Virus genome (UHGV): UHGV-0179105 | Strand: one strand, 5' to 3' | From: a virus | Length of the DNA stretch: 12,347 bases | In this document: positions 7,247 through 12,347 of the stretch, one piece after another | Numbering within the stretch: position 1 is the stretch's first letter | How the letters are laid out: each line of letters starts with the position of its first letter | Notes under the pieces: model-generated | Seen by the model: only the letters and a program-made list of their open reading frames with translations | What the model was told of the DNA's origin: nothing | The model's database searches: none | Made by a program: the position numbers and the translations under genes

Positions 7247-7917
7247 GCGATTCGTCCCTCCCAGCTGTTCGGCTGACCTTCGAGGATTTCGATGTCATAG
7301 GCGATCTGTTCGATGACGCTGTCGAGGATGATGCTCTGGCCGGTGCCTTGGCGACCCCAATAGCGCTTGCCGTAGGTATCGATCACGACCTCGCCGTATT
7401 GGCTGAGTTTTTTGCCGAGCCAGTCGGAGACGGCATACCACTCATAGATTGTCGGGACATCGCTCTCCAAATAATCGAAATCATACTCGCCGAAGACTTT
7501 GCCGCAGTTTTTACAGCGCCGGGCGTCATCATACTGGCAGCATTCGCGGGCTTCCTGCAGCGTTTCGTGTTCCTCGCCGCAGATGGGACAAGTATATACC
7601 GGCTCGTCAGAATTCCAATCCTCACCGTGGAAATCGGTTTCATCCGCTTCCATCGGGTCATAATACTCGAAATTGCCAGCCTCACCGCAACTATCGCAAT
7701 CTTTCTCGGTGCCATTGTTAATGGCGTCGTCGTAATCCTCGACAGTAAAAGGGGCGTCTTCATCGTAGCCGATAACCAGAATCGTTTTGATGATGAATTC
7801 GATTTCCTGTGTCATATCACAGTAAACCTCGTTATCAACAAGCTTACTCAGGATACGGTTGTTGGCAGGGGACATCAGGCTGTATTCTTTGCCGTTCACT
7901 TTATAATCGCAGCTCAT
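7243..7917 (-). CDS. acidic multi-CxxC (zinc-ribbon-like) protein, 224 aa
   Basis: Track ORF 7243..7917; ATGA overlap with the upstream gene; motifs CDSCGE, CPICGEEH...ECC and CKNCGK separated by D/E-rich linkers; C-terminal block TYGKRYWGRQGTGQSIILDSVIEQIA. Confidence 0.65.
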   Translation of the reverse strand: MSCDYKVNGKEYSLMSPANNRILSKLVDNEVYCDMTQEIEFIIKTILVIGYDEDAPFTVEDYDDAINNGTEKDCDSCGEAGNFEYYDPMEADETDFHGEDWNSDEPVYTCPICGEEHETLQEARECCQYDDARRCKNCGKVFGEYDFDYLESDVPTIYEWYAVSDWLGKKLSQYGEVVIDTYGKRYWGRQGTGQSIILDSVIEQIAYDIEILEGQPNSWEGRIA

Positions 7918-8561
7918 AAGTATTGTTCGGCCTCACTTTCGTCGATGATGCGATAGTTATTGCCGAAATAGAACGAGAGCATTTCATCTTCCTCATCGGA
8001 GTAGAAGCCGCCGCAGGTATCCTCCAGTGTCCACTCTTTGGTGACTTTATCGTATGGGTAGATGGAGTAGATATAAGCCTCGCCTGTGAGGAACTTGTCA
8101 TAGGTTTCAATTTCGCTTTCGATGATATCCTCGGCGTGCTGCTGCCAGTCGGTATCATTGCCAAAAGCCTCAATGACCTGTTCTTTGGTGCAGATGGCGA
8201 CACCGAAACAGCCGCTATCCCAAGGGTCGTTGAAAGAGCCGGTGCTGATCGTAATGCCGCTGTGAACGTAAGCGTAGAGCGGCACGGAAACAAATTCAGC
8301 TCTGCGGTCTTTAAGTCCGGCAAGGTAATCATCGAGATTGTCACTGTTGGTGAAATCCATATCGTTGTCATACTTGGAGCTGCCGAGGTAGCGATTGCGG
8401 ACATAGCAGATGGTGCAGTAGTTGCAATCATTCTCGCGGGGATTGAGAGGGTCATTATCTCGCTCGGCGGTCACGAAATAAAGCTCTTTGCCGTCTGTGA
8501 CATAAATGCCATCGAGGTCAGTTTCAACGATACGGGTTTCTTTCAATGTCAATGTAGACAT
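7914..8561 (-). CDS. hypothetical acidic protein, 215 aa
   Basis: Track ORF 7914..8561; AAGGAGGTG 6 nt upstream of ATG 8561; motif blocks LYAYVHSGITISTGSFNDPWDSGCFGVAICT; strongly D/E-rich. Confidence 0.7.
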   Translation of the reverse strand: MSTLTLKETRIVETDLDGIYVTDGKELYFVTAERDNDPLNPRENDCNYCTICYVRNRYLGSSKYDNDMDFTNSDNLDDYLAGLKDRRAEFVSVPLYAYVHSGITISTGSFNDPWDSGCFGVAICTKEQVIEAFGNDTDWQQHAEDIIESEIETYDKFLTGEAYIYSIYPYDKVTKEWTLEDTCGGFYSDEEDEMLSFYFGNNYRIIDESEAEQYL

Positions 8562-8564
8562 AGG

Positions 8565-8984
8565 TCACACCTCCTTGTCAGCGTAGTGGTTTTCGATAGC
8601 GGTATCGATCTGGTCATACTCGGGAATATCAGCGTTATAGTGATCGAGGAAATCGTTTGTGATGGCGTCGATGGTTCCATCCTGAGCAGCCGTTTTCAGC
8701 TTTTTCTCAACCTCTTCATCTTTCAGACAGAGTTCATAGGAATAGAAGCTAACGAGATGTTCCTTGACATCCTCGGCCCGGAGTTGTTCCTGAATGGCGT
8801 TATAGACCATAAGACCGATACTGGAATCATCCAGGATGGCATCGATCGCAGCCTTAGCACCGTAGAGCCAGCCGCAGCAGAAGGTCGTGTAGTCGGTGGC
8901 CTGAATCGCTGGTGTGTCTGCTTCCTGCTTGATTTCGTTATACTGCGGCAGATATTTTAAAATCGTTTCCGTTTTGGTTTTCAT
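8565..8984 (-). CDS. hypothetical acidic protein, 139 aa
   Basis: Track ORF 8565..8984; ATGA overlap with the stop of the 434-aa gene; GGAGA 7 nt upstream. Confidence 0.65.
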   Translation of the reverse strand: MKTKTETILKYLPQYNEIKQEADTPAIQATDYTTFCCGWLYGAKAAIDAILDDSSIGLMVYNAIQEQLRAEDVKEHLVSFYSYELCLKDEEVEKKLKTAAQDGTIDAITNDFLDHYNADIPEYDQIDTAIENHYADKEV

Positions 8985-10285
8985 TTCTCATTCTCCATTC
9001 TTTTGATGAGAGTGTCTGCGGCTTCTACAAACTGGTGGCAAATCACATCGGAGCGGCGAACCATCTCGGTTTTGTTGAGCGGGTAGATACCGAACTTTTC
9101 ACGATATTTTTCCTTGCTCTTCTTCCAGTCAAAGGTCATGCGGGAGAAAATCATGCGGTAGACGACGGCGTGTTTGGGAGATTTATCGCCCTTGGCCTCG
9201 GCCAGGCGATTGACGGCATCCAGGATGGCAGCGCTGTTATCGATAATAGAATCCTGTTGAGGATGCGGGGCTTTGAACTCGACAAGGCCGTTCTTGACGA
9301 CAACGCCAGGTTCGTTTGCGGTATCGTTCTTGCGGACACAGTTTACGATGGAGCTGTTGTAGATATTATTGAGGATGCTGTCGAAGATTTCACTCCAGGT
9401 GGTGTTATCCTCAATGATGGTGATGACAGCCGGACTGGTCTGGCGAGGATGGCGGCGGATGTATTCGCGCTTTTCCTGGTCGATGACAAAGCCGTAGTCT
9501 GTGCGCATCTTTTCATAGATAGCGTTGAGGACGGTGGTGTTCTTCTGGTATTTGTCGGGCTGATTCGTTCTGATCTTATCGACCGTGTCATAAACATTGC
9601 GCCGCCATGTACTGGTGACGCCGTGATGCTTAACGGGTTTGGGCTGGGGAGTAGAAGCGGGCTTGCGGGTGGTCTCGGGAATCATATCGGCCTGTGCAGT
9701 GGGATTCGTTTTGAGTTCCACCGGGGCGGAGACGGCGACGGGCTGGGTCTGCATGGTGAGAACGTGGTTGGCGAGAGCAGCAATCGTCTCGGTCAGCCTG
9801 GTCATGTTGGAGGATGTGCTGTTGATGTACTGGGCCATGGTGGTCTGCGATTTCAAAAAGGAATCCATGAGCATCTGCATGGTCTGCGGGGCAAGGGCGG
9901 TCTGCTGGTCAGGCGTGGCAAGGACATTGCGACCGGCGTGCAGAGACTCCATGACATCCCAGACGAAGTCCATGAACTTGTCGGCCTTGGGCTGGCGGGA
10001 GAAACGGCAGATTTCCATAGCACCGCGGAGGGTGTAGACAATCATTTCACGTTCTACCGTTCGTTCTCCTTCAACTTTAACCAATTTGGTTATAGTTGAA
10101 AGAGGATTCAATCTGTCTGCATTGCGGTCGTGAATTTTCTGAATCGCGATGCCTGGATTGCTGTATTCAAGTGCGGTTCCAATCTGTTCGCGAGTCATGT
10201 AAAACTCGTTATTGTCATCGTTATAAACATCGCAGGTCAGGCTGCCGAAGGGCTTCTGGGTGGCGAGTGTAAGAGTAGTGGTCAT
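8981..10285 (-). CDS. Bro-N/antirepressor-like domain protein, 434 aa
   Basis: Track ORF 8981..10285; AAAGGAAA 9 nt upstream of ATG 10285. The N-terminal ~110 aa (FGSLTCDVYNDDNNEFYMTREQIGTALEYSNPGIAIQKIHDRNADRL...EREMIVYTLRGAMEICRFSRQPKADKFMDFVWDVMESL) fit the Bro-N/ORF6N/KilA-N-type pattern of phage antirepressors, from recollection of the family and not an HMM search. The middle is a low-complexity T/P/Q-rich linker; the C-terminal domain is unassigned. Confidence 0.8.
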   Translation of the reverse strand: MTTTLTLATQKPFGSLTCDVYNDDNNEFYMTREQIGTALEYSNPGIAIQKIHDRNADRLNPLSTITKLVKVEGERTVEREMIVYTLRGAMEICRFSRQPKADKFMDFVWDVMESLHAGRNVLATPDQQTALAPQTMQMLMDSFLKSQTTMAQYINSTSSNMTRLTETIAALANHVLTMQTQPVAVSAPVELKTNPTAQADMIPETTRKPASTPQPKPVKHHGVTSTWRRNVYDTVDKIRTNQPDKYQKNTTVLNAIYEKMRTDYGFVIDQEKREYIRRHPRQTSPAVITIIEDNTTWSEIFDSILNNIYNSSIVNCVRKNDTANEPGVVVKNGLVEFKAPHPQQDSIIDNSAAILDAVNRLAEAKGDKSPKHAVVYRMIFSRMTFDWKKSKEKYREKFGIYPLNKTEMVRRSDVICHQFVEAADTLIKRMENEK

Positions 10286-10314
10286 TTGAAATCATTTCCT
10301 TTCTTGATTGAATG

Positions 10315-10605
10315 TCAGTATTCGTCGGGGAAGAGAACAGTCGTGACGGAGCGATCCCATTCTGTGATGATCCAGATGCGCCAGCCGGGGTGGTCGGCTG
10401 GTTCGTAAGCGGAAAAGATACGGTCATCGCCGGTGCGGACAGCTTCATCATTCCGATTCTTATCACTGTCGCAAAGGTCGCCCCAGTCACAGGCTTCGTG
10501 GCGGGCCACGCAGGTGAGGACGAACACTGCAAACTGGCTGTCTCGTGTCATTTTGTCATGCACACCCCGTGTGATTACGAGCGTGCCGAGTTCAAACTGT
10601 TTCAT
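10315..10605 (-). CDS. hypothetical protein, 96 aa
   Basis: Track ORF 10315..10605; AAAGGAG 7 nt upstream of ATG 10605; ATGA overlap with the upstream gene; C-terminal block WRIWIITEWDRSVTTVLFPDEY looks conserved. Confidence 0.65.
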   Translation of the reverse strand: MKQFELGTLVITRGVHDKMTRDSQFAVFVLTCVARHEACDWGDLCDSDKNRNDEAVRTGDDRIFSAYEPADHPGWRIWIITEWDRSVTTVLFPDEY

Positions 10606-10763
10606 GCGGAGACTCCTTTCGTGTTGTTCTGAAAGAATTCATCTTCAGAGCAGAAGGGGCAGAACCAGCCGCCGTTGAAAAGAAAAGAGCCTTTGGTATC
10701 GGGCAGGCACTCATAGCAGACAGTGCCGTCGATGAAGGCGAGTGTGTAGGTAAACATTTTCAT
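10602..10763 (-). CDS. small Cys4 (zinc-ribbon-like) protein, 53 aa
   Basis: The C-terminal part of track ORF 10602..11027 is in this frame; start ATG 10763 (MKMFTYTLAFIDGTVCYECLPDTKGSFLFNGGWFCPFCSEDEFFQNNTKGVSA) has GGGAGGG 8 nt upstream; C-x2-C...C-x2-C. Confidence 0.5.
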   Translation of the reverse strand: MKMFTYTLAFIDGTVCYECLPDTKGSFLFNGGWFCPFCSEDEFFQNNTKGVSA

Positions 10764-10764
10764 A

Positions 10765-11181
10765 TCAGGTTCCCTCCCCAGGTGTGAACGGCGTGTCCCA
10801 TTCGTTCCAGATCTCCATGATCTTGTCATGGCCGAGCTGCATATGGTGCGGCATATGGTCATCAATATCAAAGAGAAATTCAAGCTCGTCGTAAGGGTCG
10901 CTGCAGGGATCGCTGTACTTGTGCCCCACAATGTCCCAGCCGTCAATGATGTAGGTGCCGTTGTCCCAGTTGTCGCAGTCAAGGTTGTTGCAGGTGTTGA
11001 TGCGGCAGGCCCAGCCGTAACAATCATCGGTGGGGGAGCGGTATCCTTTCATTTTGCAGTAATCCAGGAAGCTCTGAACGCTGGTTGGACCGCCGTTCCA
11101 GTGGAGATAAACACCGATGGAAGAACTGTCATGCTGCGGGTCAGCGCTGCGGGAAGTGGTAATAACTGCACGGTTACCCAT
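10765..11181 (-). CDS. hypothetical Cys-rich protein, 138 aa
   Basis: Track ORF 10765..11307; preferred start ATG 11181 (MGNRAVITTSRS...) with AAAGGAGA 7 nt upstream; the longer start would overlap the upstream gene by about 130 nt. Confidence 0.6.
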   Translation of the reverse strand: MGNRAVITTSRSADPQHDSSSIGVYLHWNGGPTSVQSFLDYCKMKGYRSPTDDCYGWACRINTCNNLDCDNWDNGTYIIDGWDIVGHKYSDPCSDPYDELEFLFDIDDHMPHHMQLGHDKIMEIWNEWDTPFTPGEGT

Positions 11182-11365
11182 GGTAAAGTCTCCTTTCAAT
11201 ATCTTCCTTGATACTGAGGCGGTCAAGGACATCATAAAGGGATTCGGTCGAGCCGTTGTAAAAGCCAACACCGTAGGGATCTGTGCGGGAACCGTACTGT
11301 GTTTCATTTTCGGAGAGCAAATCGGTGATGGCTGCTTTGATATCGGATTCGGAATAAGTTTTCAT
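11174..11365 (-). CDS. hypothetical protein, 63 aa
   Basis: Track ORF 11174..11539 starts at a TTG with no RBS in GC-rich repeat DNA; internal ATG 11365 (MKTYSESDIKAAITDLL...) has GAGGT 8 nt upstream. Confidence 0.55.
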   Translation of the reverse strand: MKTYSESDIKAAITDLLSENETQYGSRTDPYGVGFYNGSTESLYDVLDRLSIKEDIERRLYHG

Positions 11366-11387
11366 AATATGTAACCTCATTTCAAAT

Positions 11388-11426
11388 GGGTTCCGGGACA
11401 TTGCCGGACGCTCCGAGCGTGAACCC
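11388..11426. other. nested inverted repeats (compound stem-loop)
   Basis: GGGTT (11388-11392) pairs with AACCC (11422-11426), enclosing CCGG-GACATTG-CCGG (11393-11407) and ACGC-TCCGA-GCGT (11408-11420); read by eye, no folding energy computed. Confidence 0.4.
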
Positions 11427-11432
11427 GAAGCG

Positions 11433-11460
11433 CCGGTCAAAAGAAAGGAAGATGACCAGA
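11433..11460. repeat. imperfect direct repeat, copy 1 (CCGGTCAAAAGAAAGGAAGATGACCAGA)
   Basis: Pairs with 11504-11528; shared core CCGGTCAA..GAAAGGAAGA..CCAGA with small indels; inside the GC-rich noncoding island. Confidence 0.7.
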
Positions 11461-11503
11461 TGGACATGGAATCACCACAAACCATGCCCGGTGGTCGGAC
11501 GAA

Positions 11504-11528
11504 CCGGTCAAGAAAGGAAGAAACCAGA
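11504..11528. repeat. imperfect direct repeat, copy 2 (CCGGTCAAGAAAGGAAGAAACCAGA)
   Basis: Pairs with 11433-11460; about 71 bp apart start to start. Confidence 0.7.
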
Positions 11529-11562
11529 ACGCCCGGCAATACCCCGGAACGGTTATTGTAAG

Positions 11563-11697
11563 CTAAACGTACTCCTCACGGATGGAGAGCAATTCATTCC
11601 AGGCTTCGCGAATGGTGTCAGCAGAGCAGAGGAAGGTGTTGCCGTAGAAGATTTCGTAATGGCCGCTTTCGCCGCCGATGTGTTTAAGGTGGAACAT
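11563..11697 (-). CDS. hypothetical small protein, 44 aa (alternative start 11745 gives 60 aa)
   Basis: Track ORF 11563..11745; ATG 11745 has no SD and a hairpin immediately upstream; in-frame ATG 11697 (MFHLKHIGGESG...) follows AAGGAGG with a 4-5 nt spacer. An antisense plus-strand ORF (11386..11724) overlaps, so the coding call is uncertain. Confidence 0.4.
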   Translation of the reverse strand: MFHLKHIGGESGHYEIFYGNTFLCSADTIREAWNELLSIREEYV

Positions 11698-11716
11698 GAA
11701 GCCTCCTTGTTTATTA

Positions 11717-11741
11717 ACTGTTGAATTGTGTACTCTATAAT
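11717..11741. repeat. 25-bp direct repeat, copy A (ACTGTTGAATTGTGTACTCTATAAT)
   Basis: Matches copy B at 23 of 25 positions by direct reading; lies between the hairpin and the RBS of the 11697 start. Confidence 0.8.
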
Positions 11742-11748
11742 TCATGAA

Positions 11749-11776
11749 GTAAAACCGGATGGGCGTCCGGCTTTAC
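11749..11776 (-). terminator. hairpin (terminator- or attenuator-like) between the direct repeats
   Basis: Minus-strand RNA GUAAAGCCGGA-CGCCCA-UCCGGUUUUAC forms an 11-bp stem including one G-U wobble; the same position is an A-C mismatch on the plus-strand transcript, which argues for function on the minus strand. The U-run is only 4 nt and partly inside the stem, so terminator strength is doubtful. Confidence 0.3.
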
Positions 11777-11778
11777 TT

Positions 11779-11803
11779 ACTGTTGAATTGTGTATTCTAC
11801 AAT
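11779..11803. repeat. 25-bp direct repeat, copy B (ACTGTTGAATTGTGTATTCTACAAT)
   Basis: Matches copy A at 23 of 25 positions; overlaps the -10 element of the candidate minus-strand promoter. Confidence 0.8.
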
Positions 11804-11821
11804 ATCACAATCGCTTTGCAA
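11794..11821 (-). promoter_or_regulatory. candidate sigma70-type promoter
   Basis: Minus strand reads TTGCAA (11821-11816), 16-nt spacer, TAGAAT (11799-11794); each hexamer matches consensus at 5 of 6 positions; located in the 204-bp gap upstream of the 11697/11745 start. Confidence 0.35.
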
Positions 11822-11901
11822 TTACAATGGGCTTGAAAGAATTGCGCAAAATAGGTGCGCTCTAGCTAGTATCATTAAAATTCATATTGACTCCTTATCT
11901 G

Positions 11902-12114
11902 TCACAGGTCAAACTTGATATCGCAACCCTGGCGTTGAAGCTCGGCGAGTTTGGTGATGATGGCATAGTGGATGTATTGCGGGGTGGTGGAGATATCGGC
12001 TTCACAGCGTTTGAAAGGGTAGGCGACGATGAAATTGCGGTCACGGTTCTGGATTTCATACCAGTCTTTATCTCGATTGTATGTAACAAATACGATGGGT
12101 TTACGGCGTGCCAT
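11902..12114 (-). CDS. hypothetical protein, 70 aa
   Basis: Track ORF 11902..12138 begins at a TTG; in-frame ATG 12114 (MARRKPIVFVTYNRDKDWYE...) has AAAGGAG 7 nt upstream. Confidence 0.6.
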   Translation of the reverse strand: MARRKPIVFVTYNRDKDWYEIQNRDRNFIVAYPFKRCEADISTTPQYIHYAIITKLAELQRQGCDIKFDL

Positions 12115-12134
12115 GTAGGTGCTCCTTTCCAGAA

Positions 12135-12290
12135 TCAATCCTCGTAGAATGTGATGGCAGCATTGTGCTCAAAGCTGTAGATGATAGACTTGATATAATC
12201 ATCATCTGCGGTGCGAAAGGCGCGCTCGGCTTCCTTTTTGGTGGTTCCGAACATCCAGGAATAAGCGAACAGGAATCGCTTCTTTAACAT
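12135..12290 (-). CDS. hypothetical small protein, 51 aa
   Basis: Not in track. Hand translation MLKKRFLFAYSWMFGTTKKEAERAFRTADDDYIKSIIYSFEHNAAITFYED; AAAGGAG 9 nt upstream of ATG 12290. Confidence 0.5.
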   Translation of the reverse strand: MLKKRFLFAYSWMFGTTKKEAERAFRTADDDYIKSIIYSFEHNAAITFYED

Positions 12291-12308
12291 GGGTGGAAAC
12301 TCCTTTCA

Positions 12309-12347
12309 TCACGCAATCGCACTTTTCTTGCTGTCACGGATGGGCAG
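12309..12347 (-). CDS. 3' end of a gene entering from beyond the window end (partial)
   Basis: Open minus-strand frame ...LPIRDSKKSAIA then TGA at 12311-12309, overlapping the RBS of the next gene; only 12 codons are visible, so this is weak. Confidence 0.3.
   Translation of the reverse strand: MPIRDSKKSAIA

Noticed and set aside
7383-8455. Minus-strand alternate-frame ORFs 7383..7763 and 7901..8455
   Set aside because: They overlap better-supported same-strand genes in another frame and give S/T/A/P/R-rich low-complexity peptides without RBS.
7081-10099. Long plus-strand ORFs 7081..7956 (291 aa), 7923..8960 (345 aa) and 9035..10099 (354 aa)
   Set aside because: They lie entirely antisense to well-supported minus-strand genes, have no SD sites, and translate to G/V/D/I-rich shadow sequences typical of the reverse frame of real coding DNA.
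10764-11027. N-terminal part of minus-strand track ORF 10602..11027 (T/A/G/P-rich low-complexity)
   Set aside because: It is an alternate frame of the better-supported 10765..11181 gene; only the last 53 codons (from ATG 10763, with GGGAGGG SD) look like a real gene.
11433-11528. CRISPR array or solitary CRISPR-like repeat
   Set aside because: Only two imperfect copies, purine-rich and non-palindromic, with unequal spacing and indels between copies; no further regularly spaced repeats anywhere in the window.
11366-11539. N-terminal extension of track ORF 11174..11539 (MPGVLVSSFLDRFVRPPG...)
   Set aside because: It begins at a TTG with no SD, the peptide is a low-complexity translation of the DNA direct repeats, and an SD-preceded ATG at 11365 exists downstream in frame; the extension is treated as noncoding.
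11366-11562. tRNA or tmRNA in the GC-rich island
   Set aside because: A GGTTCG-like T-loop motif is present, but no acceptor stem, no properly spaced D- and anticodon arms, and no 3' CCA context could be built on either strand by eye.
11386-11724. Plus-strand ORF 11386..11724 (112 aa) as a real gene
   Set aside because: Its first half is a translation of the GC-rich repeat island and its second half is antisense to the minus-strand 11563..11697 ORF; it would be the only plus-strand gene in the window. Not fully excluded, which is why confidence in the 11563..11697 call is only 0.4.
11721-11741. Plus-strand promoter reading of TTGAAT ... TATAAT inside repeat copy A
   Set aside because: The two hexamers are only 9 bp apart, far from the 16-18 bp needed, and there is no plus-strand gene downstream.
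11862-11885. 7-codon mini-ORF (MNFNDTS) with AAGGAG SD just after the 11902 stop
   Set aside because: Too short to assess; probably a chance ATG after an SD-like stretch. It would matter only if the region proves to be a leader-peptide attenuator.

Overview
The window is almost entirely one co-directional gene array on the minus strand: about 33 mostly small CDSs (44-434 aa) with Shine-Dalgarno sites (GGAGG/AAGGAG type) 5-10 nt upstream of their starts, very short intergenic gaps, and five ATGA stop/start overlaps plus one TAATG overlap. This architecture is typical of a phage early/accessory region or a plasmid/ICE leading region, not a chromosomal housekeeping locus. I recognise no rRNA, tRNA, CRISPR array, integrase, transposase or structural phage genes. 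Only one product is assigned with reasonable confidence: a 434-aa protein whose N-terminus has a Bro-N/antirepressor-like pattern. Two adjacent proteins carry signal peptides with lipobox-like cysteines, several proteins are small Cys4 zinc-ribbon-like, and many are strongly acidic. The plus-strand ORFs in the track all look like antisense shadows of the minus-strand genes. The candidates I consider most worth follow-up are the two larger noncoding gaps near the right end: a GC-rich, repeat-containing structured island (11366-11562), and a 204-bp gap (11698-11901) with two 25-bp direct repeats bracketing a hairpin and a sigma70-like promoter. Several genes under 60 aa that the ORF track omits are also called. 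Nothing was searched against databases; all functional calls rest on motif recognition and hand translation and should be treated as hypotheses.
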